DNA of 64,000 bases from Raja brachyura (GCA_963514005.1 OY740787.1:70928001-70992000), one strand, 5' to 3'; shown: positions 39,784 through 51,462, counted from the first letter of the stretch. Made by a program: numbers and translations. The notes: generated by a model from the letters alone, not told the origin.

Positions 39784-40083
39784 TGTAACGATCTTTAGCT
39801 TTAACTTCTTCTGAAAGCAATGGCTCACTGATTCCGTACATGTTTTCTGCATAGATACGAATAATATACTCTCGGCCCTCAATTAATTTTGGAACCTTGC
39901 AATTTGTCTTTGTGGTTGATGAAGTGACAGTCATCCAGAGCTCTCGGTTTGTATCTCTCTTTTCAACAATATAATTAGTGATTGCACTGCCTCCATCATC
40001 AAGTGGAGGATTCCAGGAAATATCCATGCTATCTCTGTGAACTTCATGGAAAACAACTGGACCAACTGGAGGCTGTGGACGAT
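39784..40083 (-). CDS. ttn: titin exon (~ex298), Fn3
   Basis: 300 nt, DRPQPPVGP...AKDRY. Confidence 0.93.
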
Positions 40084-40172
40084 CTGTAAAAGGTAACATT
40101 TGGTTTAATCTTGCATTACAGTTCAATATTACAATACTTTAATCTGAAAAGGATTAAAAATAGTTAACTTAC

Positions 40173-40454
40173 CAACTACGATCAGTTGACACAGACCCTT
40201 TCGTACCCCTGTGCTATTCTCCAAAGCCACACAGTATTTCCCCGAATCAGCACGAACACCTTTCAGAAATTTGAGGCATAGCTTTGATGGAGTTGTCTCA
40301 ATTTTTAAGCATTTTGTCTCTTCAACTGGTTCATTATCCTTGAACCAAGAAACTTTGGGTGTTGGTTTCCCTTTATACTTTCCTGTCAAGCTGAAAGATT
40401 CACCGACACGCACAATAAACTTGTCACGGAAATCCAATTCAAGTGTTGGTGGTT
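40173..40454 (-). CDS. ttn: titin exon (~ex297), Ig
   Basis: 282 nt, EPPTLELDFRDK...LIVV. Confidence 0.93.
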
Positions 40455-40539
40455 CTAAAAATAATAACACACTATTATTGCCATTTTGAAAAATATAACG
40501 TGAATTTGGAATTTAGAACAGATCTGGAATTAATCTTAC

Positions 40540-40842
40540 CAAGCTGATCCTTGCAAGTTATTGGTTTTGTACAGAATGAAGGTTTGCCTTGTCCAACAGC
40601 ATTTATTGCACTGACGCGATACTCATACGTATCACCTTCTTTTAAGGCACTATGTGTAAACATTCGATCTAATAATTTCTCTTTAGTAACTTTGGTGAAC
40701 TTCTCTTTACCAATTAAACGACACTCAAGAGTGTACATTGTAATGTCTGAGCCACCGTCATATTTTGGAGGCTTCCATTTCAAGCTAACTGATTGTTTTG
40801 TAACTGCTGTCACTTCAAGATCTTCAGGACGTTCAGGAACAG
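40540..40842 (-). CDS. ttn: titin exon (~ex296), Fn3
   Basis: 303 nt, SVPERPEDL...CKDQL. Confidence 0.93.
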
Positions 40843-40943
40843 CTACAAGTTAGAAAAATAGAACATTTAGTGTATTCAGTGACTAAAATAGATTTATTTG
40901 ATATCTGAAAATGGGAAGTCTTGAAACTAAAAACATTACTTAC

Positions 40944-41246
40944 ACATTGGCTCTTTAATTACAATTTCTTGTTTTGTCTGCACCCATGGGCCCATGCCGA
41001 TGATATTTTCGGCTGCAATTCTAAAGAAATAAGCATTTCCCATTATCAGACCCTGGACAACAGCATTCTGTCTAGTGACTGTGTATGAGACAGGTGACCA
41101 GCCACGACGTTCAACTTCACGCTTCTCGATTATATAATTGGTGATTGCAGAACCACCATCATCTTCTGGAAGGAACCATGTTAATTTGCAAGAATCTCTT
41201 GTCAGGTTTTCACAGCGGAAAGGTTCACCAACTGGCCCAGGAACAT
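40944..41246 (-). CDS. ttn: titin exon (~ex295), Fn3 (not in ORF track)
   Basis: 303 nt, DVPGPVGEPF...IKEPM. Confidence 0.92.
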
Positions 41247-41328
41247 CTGTAATTAAAATTTTTTTTTTTTTTCATGTTCTTGGAAAAACAAAAGATTGCG
41301 TTGTGCAAATTCAGTAAACAATATTTAC

Positions 41329-41610
41329 CCAAAACTTCAACAATAATGGTTTTTCTTCTCTCGCCTCCTGCATTCTTAGCAATAAGATTGTATACTCCTT
41401 GATGCTTGCGCTGACAATTCTTTATAACAAGAGCAGAACTGATCACCGTGGTTTCAATTGCAGCTTCTTCTGGGATTGGATTATCATCCTTTTTCCAAGT
41501 GATCTCTGGAGGTGGTTTGCCTGATACATATGCCAACATACGAATGACACCACCCGCATGCACCACAATTTTGTCTCTCATGCTGGCGTCTAAGTTAATA
41601 TCTGGAAGAA
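41329..41610 (-). CDS. ttn: titin exon (~ex294), Ig
   Basis: 282 nt, VLPDINLDASMRDK...VEVL. Confidence 0.93.
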
Positions 41611-41714
41611 CTAGAATACAAAAGTACAATTTCAGATATTTAATATTGCCAAAGTGAGGTACTGAGATAAAAGAAATACAATTAATTTAAATATATAAAA
41701 TTCATTTTTTTCAC

Positions 41715-41865
41715 CTGTTCTATCCTTGACTTCAATGGCATCAGAAACCTCTCCTGGATCACCAACACCAGCAGCATTTACTGCCCTTACCCTGAATCGG
41801 TACACGTTTCCCTCTTTCAATCCAGGAACAACAAACTTTGTGCCTCTAATTTCCTTGTCTTTAAC
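41715..41865 (-). CDS. ttn: titin exon (~ex293), C-terminal half of Fn3
   Basis: 151 nt, VKDKEIRGTKF...VKDRT. Confidence 0.92.
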
Positions 41866-42602
41866 CTGTAAAGAACCAGCAGAAAAGGTAAATGCATAAG
41901 CCAAAATTGTGAAACATTGTTTCGGTTTCAATGAAAACAGGCAAGCATCATTCTTCCATAATAGGTAAATGACAGATGGAAGGAAAAACCTAGCTAACCT
42001 TTTAAAGTTTTTTTCACATTGTTCTGACATTTCTGATTTTGTTTGAAGGATTTAATGAGGCTAGTGTTTAAAAGGTGCAGACTAAAGACTACAATACACA
42101 TTAAAGCTAATTTTAGTCATTGTCCTAAAAAAGAACCATCTACAGGGATAAGTGGAGATATAATCAGTGGACCTCGATTCTGTGCCTTTGGATATGGGAG
42201 GGGATAACAGAAGCAAAAGGTATAAGGTGGCCCAAAAAATGTTTAAAACAATATTTTTGTTTCAAGGGCCTTTCAGTTGGTTGAATTTAAAGCGGATGTA
42301 CTCATACTAGTGGCAAAACTGCCACTGCAGGCCTGAGAGGCTCAGGTTGCATTTTTGCTTTTACCATTGTTTTAAGACCAGGTCATTAGGCAAAATTGCA
42401 TTGGCATTGAGACTGAACCATTTTAATGATTTGACTGTCAAGGAATGGACAGGCAGACTGTCATGGTTATGCTCAACAGCTGCCTGGCAGAGGCAGAGTT
42501 AAGAACTGGACAGGGATGGGGCAAGTGGTGGTTTGTCCGGAGAAAGCGAAATTTAGATCACATCCATGTCCAAAAAAATGTAATTCATTAATTTGAATTT
42601 AC

Positions 42603-42751
42603 CTTCTCCCACTCTTCCTTTCCCTCTTCCTTAAATTCAACAAAATAGCCAGTGATTCTGGATCCACCGTCTTTTGTTGGTGGAGCCCATTCAAGATCTA
42701 CAGTTGACCTAGTCCAGTCTGTCACCTTAGGAAACGGAGGACCAGGTGGTG
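42603..42751 (-). CDS. ttn: titin exon (~ex292), N-terminal half of Fn3
   Basis: 149 nt, APPGPPFPKVTDW...EEWEK. Confidence 0.92.
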
Positions 42752-43060
42752 CTGTTTAAAAAAAAAAGAAAAGTTATGCGCATCAGAAAACTTAGGATTT
42801 AAAACTGGATTCGTAAGACATTTAGTCATTAGTATTCAATATTTATGAATGTATTGTTATGTTTGCTTTGCATGAATAAAAAGCACTGCTTGTAATATGG
42901 CCATGATTTTCTAAAGGGCTGCTAGCATTACAAAAGACAATTAGGTTCCATTTTCCATAGAATTGTTTAAACAGCTGCAAATGCGCTTCAATCTCCAGGA
43001 GAAATTGCGCATACAGTATATAAAAATCTCAAAATACCAATAGAAAATAAAAATGCTCAC

Positions 43061-43375
43061 CTATGGGATCTCTTGCCATTATTGGGTCGGAAGGTATGCT
43101 TGGAGGCCCAACACCTGCTGCATTGATGGCAAACACGCGGAACTGATAAAATGAGCCTTCTATAAGGTCAGTTACATGATGGGAAACTCCAAGTGGCATA
43201 ATCCTAATTGGATCGCGATTTACCCTGTTCCACCTCTTTCCACTGGTATCTTTACGTTCTAACCAGTAGCCAGTTACTGGAGAGCCACCATCATATTCTG
43301 GTTCTTCCCAATTGACTACCATGCTATCACGTTTCACACTACCCACAGTTGGTTTGTCACAAGCTCCAGGTACAG
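43061..43375 (-). CDS. ttn: titin exon (~ex291), Fn3
   Basis: 315 nt, TVPGACDKP...ARDPI. Confidence 0.93.
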
Positions 43376-43708
43376 CTGTTAAAGAAAAAAAAGTTTTAAT
43401 ATACAAGGTATATTTTGGCAGTAATATTGAAGTCAAATTTTGAAAATTTAACTTTATAAGAGATTTTTGGGAAGTATGCATAAAAAAACTGATTATATTT
43501 GTTATTGAGTGTACACAATTAACCCTCCAATTGAGTGAACCCTGCAATTGTTTGTTAAAATTCGAACAGAAATACCACTAAACTGAGAACTATTAAAATA
43601 CCACTAAACTATTTTACAAGTCCAGAAAATTGGATAATATTGGATATACATATAATGTTAGCAAGATCAAAGTATAGAAAATGTAGGCAAAATTATTTCA
43701 ATACATAC

Positions 43709-44008
43709 TAAACAAATTTCTTGCTGTCTCCGGTTCGCTGTCAAGTGGTTCACCAATACCATATTTATTCTGAGCCATAATGCGGAATACATATTCGTGT
43801 CCTTCCAATAATTTGGGGACTTCGCACATGCACTCCTTAACATCGCTGGTAACTTGAATCCAAGACTTCCTACTTGCTTCTCTTTTCTGAATAACGTAGT
43901 TGGTGATCTTGGAGCCGCCATCTTCTTTTGGAGGTAGCCATGCAAGGATCATTTTCTCAGCACTAATTCCCTCAAACTTAATTGGACCCAGTGGTGGACC
44001 AGGGTGTC
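43709..44008 (-). CDS. ttn: titin exon (~ex290), Fn3
   Basis: 300 nt, GHPGPPLGP...ARNLF. Confidence 0.93.
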
Positions 44009-44101
44009 CTAATCAATAGGAAACAAAAACTATAGTTTATAGTAAAATGACAGAAATGCATAAACAAAATGAAGAATTTATAGAAATAATATAAAAATTA
44101 C

Positions 44102-44398
44102 CAAGAACATTGAGTCTCATTTCCTTAGAATCAGTTCCCAAGCTGTTCGTAGCAGTGAGAGTATAAAGACCAGTGTCCTTCCGAAGAGACTGATGAATAA
44201 GTAGAGTGCAACCATCTTCAGTCACAATTTTGTTGACATGCTGATCGTATTCTACTTTAGATTTTTCTTCTGGTTTATTGACAGGTGCTTTGTACCAAGT
44301 CAACGTTGGGAATGGTGTGCCCTTCACTTTGGCAATTATGTTAATGTCTGTATGCTGTTCTGCCTCTAAGAATTCTTTAAGTTCAATTGCAGGTGGAC
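44102..44398 (-). CDS. ttn: titin exon (~ex289), Ig
   Basis: 297 nt, CPPAIELKEF...LNVL. Confidence 0.93.
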
Positions 44399-44496
44399 CT
44401 AGACGTGAAAATATTAATTGTGGTTTCAAAACATTTAAATTTGGAGTTCACTATATTTACATTGGTCTGTTATGATGTAATTATGTAAATACTTAC

Positions 44497-44814
44497 ATGT
44501 CTGGTCTTTCACCTTCATTGGCCCAACAGAGTTACATGGTTTACTGGTGCCAGCCTCATTAACAGCTTTTACACGGAATTCATACTCTCCGCCCTCAGTG
44601 AGATCTTCTACTGTAAACCTGGTTTCTTCCACATCACGTCTATTGCACTGTTTCCAGGATTCCTTCCTTTGTCCCGTTGGATCCACGGCAAGACTTTCAA
44701 TAATGTAATGTGTTACTGGAGCCCCACCATCATTCTTTGGTGGTCTCCAAGTAAGTGAAACTGTGTTCTTGGTAACCAAAGCAACCTTGAGTTTTGTTGG
44801 TGGCTCAGGTGGAT
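44497..44814 (-). CDS. ttn: titin exon (~ex288), Fn3
   Basis: 318 nt, HPPEPPTKLK...VKDQT. Confidence 0.93.
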
Positions 44815-44906
44815 CTGAAGTATAAAAGTAAATTCATCAATAAATGGCTAACCGGTTGTGTGGATATCTGAAATATATTAGTATATATTATAAAGCAGAA
44901 ACTTAC

Positions 44907-45206
44907 GAATTGGATCTCTCGCTCTAGTCCTCTGAATAGTTTCCACGGGTGGACCAACGCCAAATCGGTTTTCTGCACGGACACGGAAGAAATATTCCTG
45001 CCCATCAATAAGATCAGGCACAAGATATGATGTGCCTACACAGGAAGTATTCACTTTTACCCAAGCCTTTCCTTCCACAGTCTTTTTCTCTATATAGTAG
45101 CATTTAATTCTGTCTCCACCATCATTGTCTGGAGGCTTCCACGAAAGTCTGCAGGTACTCCTTGTAATATCACTCACTTTGAGATCTTTTGGTGCTCCTG
45201 GCATAT
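44907..45206 (-). CDS. ttn: titin exon (~ex287), Fn3
   Basis: 300 nt, DMPGAPKDL...ARDPI. Confidence 0.93.
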
Positions 45207-45294
45207 CTATTACATGTAAAAGATAATTTAAGAATCATATCAAACTACTGCAATTCATTCTATTTCAAAAAAAATGAACAAAACAATTACATAC

Positions 45295-45424
45295 CAAGAA
45301 CATTTACTCTGACATGTAATGTCTTTTGACCAGCCTTGTTCTTAGCAGTAATACTGTATCGACCAGAGTGGGTTCTATTGCATGCTGGAATAATCACAGC
45401 TGTCTTAGTATCTGCACATTCAAT
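45295..45424 (-). CDS. ttn: titin exon (~ex286), C-terminal part of Ig
   Basis: 130 nt, IECADTKTAVIIP...VNVL. Confidence 0.92.
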
Positions 45425-45529
45425 CTATAAAAGGCAAAGGGAAGAATTATAATTCAGTAAAATGCAAATATCATTTTTGTAATTCCAAATTTGAGACTTT
45501 TACAAAAATATTATAAACCATGTTATTAC

Positions 45530-45562
45530 CTGAGCATCAGCTGGTACTCTATGCACTTCATC
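45530..45562 (-). CDS. ttn: titin 33-nt microexon (~ex285), DEVHRVPADAQ, inside an Ig domain
   Basis: ctttatag|GAT GAA GTG CAT AGA GTA CCA GCT GAT GCT CAG|gtaata; phase 0-0; resembles human DGVHDIPEDAQ (recalled). Confidence 0.88.
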
Positions 45563-45633
45563 CTATAAAGAGTAAAATATCAATTGTTACAAGTTAAGCA
45601 TCGCATGAAGGTCTACATATATCACTTCTGGCA

Positions 45634-45954
45634 AAAGTTCTCTGCCAAAAGAGGCATCTTTTTATATTGTCTTGATGCTGATCTAAACCTAACATCATAC
45701 ATAACATAACCTATCTGATTGGAGGTGAATCAGTTGTGTTAACTGAACAGTTCGATCAAACCATTAACGCCAATGTAATTCAAACCTCTCATCCAAAATG
45801 GGGCAGCTTGTTCTCATGCTGGCTTGCCATAAAATGTAAATTTTATTTTAATGAGAAGTTTAAATATGAGAGACCCAAAGAAATTCCTAGAAAATTACCA
45901 TTGAGAATGGATGGTCTATTACTTGGTTGCAATCCTCTTTTGGCAGAGAACTTT
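45634..45954. repeat. perfect 21-bp inverted repeat (45634-45654 / 45934-45954) upstream of the microexon
   Basis: aaagttctctgccaaaagagg is the exact reverse complement of cctcttttggcagagaacttt. Confidence 0.9.
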
Positions 45955-45959
45955 GGCAT

Positions 45960-46057
45960 AAAAGGATTATGTACAAATGAAATTAGTGTATGTGGGCAAA
46001 AAGGTCGGCACGGATGTGGTGAACCAAAGTACCAGTTCTTGTGCTGTGCAACTCTTT
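45960..46057 (+). mobile_element. short degenerate CR1 3' tail
   Basis: gggcaaaaaggtcggcacggatgtggtgaaccaaag..ttcttgtgctgtgcaactct resembles the tail at 31050-31105. Confidence 0.5.
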
Positions 46058-47430
46058 AACTAACTACATTTCTCTTTGTGGTCAATGAGTGAAAACCACA
46101 TTTTATTACTGAATGCTATGTGCTCAAAAAGCTATGTGAGTATCAATAAGGTAGAAATGGACGGGAGCCCATCAGCTATGATAGTGATATCTAAGAATCT
46201 TGTGATATTATATTCATGTAGCATTCTAAATGAGTCAATGTCCTGGCTTCCTAAAATAGGAAAAAAGCCTGCTTTACTTTGCTGATTGGGTTCTGGCACC
46301 ATTCAGCTTTATCAAGTGCTGAATAGCCCAAATAGTGTTCCATAAAGGCAGTGCAGAGCCAATTAAAAAAAACCTTCTCAGAAAGTATTAAGATTTAATT
46401 GTTTTGTGAAGTGCTTCAAAAATATTACTGCTGATTGTCACATATCCAGATTTTCCCCCACACGTTCACCTGCATTCCCTTTACCAATTTCTTTGAGCTA
46501 ACTCATCATTGGCGCTATCTGGATTTCATGAGAAGCCTGGTGCATTAAAATACCGCAATGGCACAGAATCACCTCATCTATTTCAATGTGGCCGAATGTT
46601 GAGTTTAGTTTGGCACCCAAACCTAACAAAATCGAGCAAAAATTGACCTGAGCTGGTTAGCAAGTCAACATTTCCAATCTGTTTAAACAGAATGGAAGCA
46701 CTTTAGTTAACATACTTTGGTGGAAAACAAGTCACAGGCCACTACTATTTCATTAAAATATACCTTTTATTGGTAGATTGCTAATTTAAGACATATTTTT
46801 CCAACCCACAGATAAAGTATCCTTAAATAATCCACCATGACATTAATCCCAGAAGACAATGACCTGCTGAGAGTAAGATGATTTTACTGAGTGTGCATCT
46901 TAATGTGTCAGAACCAATTGGGATGGCTCAATTTGTGGCAAGTGAAAATTTGTGAGGTTTCTTTCTACCAGAATGCCAGCTGGGGGCCCTGATTAATTAG
47001 TCTTTCAAATAGTGAACGATTGGTGATTATGTAGTACAAACTACAGAAAACAACGTTTATGCTTTGAGCTGTAACCGATTCTAGAATTAAGCTTTGAAAA
47101 TTTGATCTAATATGTTGAAGACATGCTAATGTAATTACTTTTGACTTCTAACCAATTCCTACCATTACATATTTGGATGAAATGATACAGGGTGATCAGA
47201 TTGAGATTTATTTTTGTTTAGGAATGTGTTAAATTCTGAAGATTCCATGAGGAGGAAAATTAACATTTTGATACATTTAAATAATTGGAGCAATACATTA
47301 CCTTTTGTTATTTCCCTATCATAATATCCTGGAGCACATCCCTCATATATCCAAAGGATATAGAAATTAGATGGCTCCCAGTCTATTCAGGAAACTGATT
47401 GCACTTACATATAATTCAAATATTTTATAC

Positions 47431-47579
47431 CTTGATAACTGTTTTAGTTGGTCCTTCAAATTCCCAACTGATCTTTGGAAAAGGACGGCCTGTTACAATA
47501 GCTGAGATTCTCAGAGGCGTTCCTGCAAGACAACTAAGGAGGTCTTGTGCACCAACTTCCAATGTGACATTGGGTTCCT
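47431..47579 (-). CDS. ttn: titin exon (~ex284), N-terminal part of Ig
   Basis: 149 nt, EEPNVTLEVGAQDLL...WEFEGPTKTVIK|gtataa. Confidence 0.91.
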
Positions 47580-47660
47580 CTGCAAATCACAAAGAAAAAT
47601 ATGTTGGGATGTCCTACAAAATGTACATTTGAACAGTTGTAAGAATCTAGGAGTGCTTAC

Positions 47661-47969
47661 CTAGTGTTTCCTTCATAATTATTTCTGAAGTGGATAAACT
47701 TGGTTCAGATTCTCCTACAGCATTAACAGCTTTAATCCGGAACCTGTATTTCTTGAGTGCTTGTAAATTGGGCACTTCATATTCACATTTAGGAATTAAT
47801 TTATCTGGCTCTGATGCTCTTTTCCAATCAGGTGAACCTTCTTCCTGCATCTCGACAATATAACCTTGGATTGGGCTGTGACCATCCTTTTCTGGGGATT
47901 TCCATGTGAGTTTTATAGTATTTTTAGTTTTGTCAGTGACTTCAGGACAGGAGGGAGCACCTGGAGCAT
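47661..47969 (-). CDS. ttn: titin exon (~ex283), Fn3
   Basis: 309 nt, YAPGAPSCPEV...MKETL. Confidence 0.92.
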
Positions 47970-48174
47970 CTTTGGGGGAGAAACAGAACATATAATGCAT
48001 ATGTCAATATCCATTTTTATGCAGTGTGAATGAAAACAATTTGATAGCTTAAATAAGAGCAATAAAATAAAATAATTTACATTATGGTACACATTATGTG
48101 ATAATTAAAATACCAGCCTTTAATTTATGAGTGTATGTGAATTTTTTTAAGGCAATTCTGATTTTAGGAAAAGT

Positions 48175-48955
48175 TCCAGATTCGGATTAGTTTTTTGTCC
48201 TATACATCAGGGGGGTAATGAAATTGCTTGTTCACATGAAGCTAAGGATAACCATAGAGACAACAGTAAATACAACTAAAAATGTATTGCAGGAGAATGA
48301 TGGAAAGATTGTAGTGCGATCTGAAGTCGAGCAAAATAATGTACCAAAGCAGAATAACGGAATAAATGAATGAGGTAGAACTAAATGTAAGAGTATATAG
48401 CAGCACCCCTGGAAGTGGGTGTGAGAGATGTGATTGGTCTGATAGTAGTGGGGAAGAAACTGTTTTGAAGTCTGGATGACGAGGCTTTAAAGCTGATATA
48501 TTTTCCCCCAGAAGGTAGGAGTGAAAAGGAAATGCACAGGGTGGCAGGCATCCTTCACAATACTTCCAGCCTTCCTGATACAACGATTTTGAAGATGGAC
48601 TAATTATGTAAGGAAACAATGAACATGTGATGGACTGGACTGTGTTCACCATTCTCTGCAGGTTCAAGTGGTCAAGAGCCAAGCAGTTGCCAGAGCAGGA
48701 TAGAATGCACTCCCTCAGAATACATTCCATGGTGCATCTGTAGAAGTTCAAGGGAATCCTTGTGGATAAGCCAAATCTTCGCAGATGCCTATGAAAGTAA
48801 ATATGCTGATGTGTTTTCCTCATAACCACATTAGTGTGAAAAGACCTAGTCAGTTTGCTGGTGACATGGATGCTTAGGAACCCAAAGATGTTGACCATCT
48901 CTAGAGCAGCTACATTATTGAGGACAGGGATGTGTTCACTCATTACCCCCTCCAC
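48175..48955 (-). mobile_element. Rex1/Babar-like LINE 3' fragment (post-RT, DUF1891-like region)
   Basis: ORF 48242..48955 F.FLSIHVTSKL..RKTHQHIYFHRHLRRFG..NFYRCTMECIL..LQRMVNTVQSIT resembles the Rex1/Babar KAQQRLYFLRRL..NFYRCTIESIL motif. Confidence 0.8.
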
Positions 48956-49049
48956 TCAGTTCTTATAATTAGTTATTTATCAATTATTTTTTTTAAATCT
49001 CAGGAATTAAAAATGCATAACTGATAAACATAGATTTATTAATACTTAC

Positions 49050-49479
49050 ACTTAGGATCGGATGCCAAAACTGGATCGGAAGGTTCACTTGGAGGTCCAG
49101 TTCCAGCAGCATTTACAGCCATCACTCGGAACTGATATTCAACGTCTTCAAATAAGCGGTGGACAGTGAACTCTAGTCCTTTCACAGATGGCTTTGTCAG
49201 AGGAGCTCTATTGACACGTGACCAATACACACCATCTACTTCTCTCTTCTCTATATAATAACCAGTAATTGGAGCACCCCCATTGTCTAGTGGAGGTTTC
49301 CAAGATACAAGCATAGAAGACCTTGTAACATCAGACACATTTGGTTTACTTGGTGGTCCTGGGAGGCTGTATGGATCCTTGATTGTCACTTTTTCAGACA
49401 TGCAGCCATCACTAATTCCATATTTGTTCTCTGCTCTGATTCTAAACTGATATTCTCCATCAGTTATCAGTTTCCATAC
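49050..49479 (-). CDS. ttn: titin exon (~ex282), half Fn3 + Fn3
   Basis: 430 nt, VWKLITDGEYQF...ASDPK. Confidence 0.93.
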
Positions 49480-49591
49480 CTAAAATAGATAAAACTTTGA
49501 TTATATATATATATATATAACATTTGCTAGATTATTGTTAGATGTAGTTAAATATATAAATCTAATATATTGATATGAAAAAGAACATTAC

Positions 49592-49782
49592 CCCATATCT
49601 TCTTTCAATAATGTATTTAGTGATTTCCTCCCATTCAGATTTCTTTGTGCTAGCATCACGCTTGTCAACAATGTAGTTAGTTATTTCACTCCCACCATTG
49701 TCCTCAGGTGCATCCCAAGTCAGATAACAGGATTCAGCTTTAATATCAGAGACTTTAAGGTTCCTTGGCGGTAAAGGTTTAT
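49592..49782 (-). CDS. ttn: titin exon (~ex281), N-terminal part of Fn3
   Basis: 191 nt, DKPLPPRNL...ERRYG. Confidence 0.92.
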
Positions 49783-49887
49783 CTATGGTTAAGAAAAAGA
49801 AAAACAAAATAACACTTTAACACCATCATTAATTTGGACACATTTTTGTATACATTTTGAAACATTTCTTGTGTTGTGTTTCCTTAC

Positions 49888-50196
49888 CTAGAATATTTAT
49901 GTTAACAGTCTGAGATGCTGTTCCCAGGCGGTTTGAAGCAGTAATGGTGTAAGTATCTGTATCTTTTCTGATGGTTGTAGGAATACTAAACTTTGTCAAT
50001 GCGTTTGTTCTTGACACTACTTCAGTATCTATCTTCTGTCGGTCAGTTGATTTTTCCACTAGAGTCTCTCCTTTACTCCATTCAATTTTGGGAAAAGGGA
50101 GACCTTCCACCTCAGCGGGAATTTCAACTGATTCTCCAACTTTAACAGCTATTACATCTTTCTTCATTCTTAATAGCAGTCTTACTATGGGAGGCA
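49888..50196 (-). CDS. ttn: titin exon (~ex280), Ig
   Basis: 309 nt, VPPIVRLLL...INIL. Confidence 0.93.
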
Positions 50197-50317
50197 CTGT
50201 TAGGAAAATAAATGAATAAAAGAACAAAAATATTGATCAAAGTTGAAAAAATGATTTTTGACATGATATTTTTTAAATAGGTCAATAGCACAGAAAATAA
50301 TAATTGAATGCAGTTAC

Positions 50318-50617
50318 CTTCATCATCTTGCACTATTACATTGAGAGTAATTGATGGTTCACTTTCTCCAATTTCATTAACTGCTCTGACACGGAAGTCA
50401 TACATCTTTAAGTCCTCAAGATCCTCCACCGTAAAGGTTGTGTCTCGACAAATCTGTTTGTTAGCTTTCTCAAATTCAGGCTGATCATGTCTTTTCTTTT
50501 CAACAAAGTACCCTATAACAGGACGGCCACCATCAGTTCTTGGAGGTTTCCAGGTGAGTGTAACGGTTGACTTTGTTCTATCAGCATACCTAAACTTCTC
50601 AGGTGAAGTTGGTGGAC
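50318..50617 (-). CDS. ttn: titin exon (~ex279), Fn3
   Basis: 300 nt, GPPTSPEKF...VQDDE. Confidence 0.93.
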
Positions 50618-50701
50618 CTATAATTAAAGAGTATGTTCAATTCACACATGTAACAGAATGTCCAGAAATTATTTAATAGTCTTTCTCTTTATTTCTCTCA
50701 C

Positions 50702-50995
50702 CTAGAGGATCAACTGCAGCTATTGGTCCAAGTATGTCAGTGGGACCACAACCATATTTATTTTTAGCACAAATTCGGAACATATATTCCTGTCCTTCAA
50801 GAAGACCGACAATATCACATTTGGATTTTTCTGTTTCAATAGGTTGCCTCCAGGAATGCATTTTCGCATCCTTTCTTTCAATAACATAGCCAATTATATC
50901 ACTACCACCATCATCTATAGGTTCCGACCAGTTAAGTAATATCATCTTTCTCGTAACAACTACAGGTTTTAGATCCAAGATAGGCCCAGGAACGT
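50702..50995 (-). CDS. ttn: titin exon (~ex278), Fn3
   Basis: 294 nt, DVPGPILDLK...AVDPL. Confidence 0.93.
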
Positions 50996-51089
50996 CTGGA
51001 AGAAAAAGAAGCACAAACCAGTGAGATATAAGATTATAATATAAAACACCAACCTTTTTTAACTTTTTTCTCTTTACTATGAGTCTTAC

Positions 51090-51377
51090 CAACAATATCC
51101 ACTCGAGTCCATGCAGCTTTGCTACCACTGCTGTTTGTTGCAGTAACTATGTATCTACCAAAATCACTTCTTTGTGAATTTTGTACAATTAATTCTGTCG
51201 TTGTACCAACTGTTTCAATCACAGCAAGTTTTTCATCAAATGGTCCTCCTTCTTCCTTGTTCCATTTAATTTCTGGAGTTGGTCGACCTGTTACGATTGC
51301 AGGAAGTCTAAGGACTTCTCCAGCCAGTTTTAGAACACCATTTCTTACACTTACATCAAATTCTATCGTTGGAGGTA
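51090..51377 (-). CDS. ttn: titin exon (~ex277), Ig
   Basis: 288 nt, VPPTIEFDVSVRNG...VDIV. Confidence 0.93.
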
Positions 51378-51462
51378 CTGGAAAACAAAAAGTACTTTTG
51401 TAAATAGGAACAGTAAAAATACTGAAAAGCATAAATCTAAGTAGTTGCAAGATTCGTAATAC

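Noticed and set aside
43570-43610. 15-bp direct repeat aaataccactaaact
   Set aside because: A simple local duplication in an intron with no functional indication.
45736-46285. Intronic ORFs 45736..46059 and 46076..46285, and similar ones at 24701, 28509, 31512 and 62833
   Set aside because: No recognisable motifs or splice context; they are of the length expected by chance with alternative start codons.
47403-47430. Consensus GTAAGT 22 nt downstream of the AAG|gtataa donor
   Set aside because: Its use would read GTA TAA (stop), and the upstream donor gives the correct phase; nothing indicates it is used.
49502-49519. (TA)n microsatellite
   Set aside because: Short, common simple repeat.
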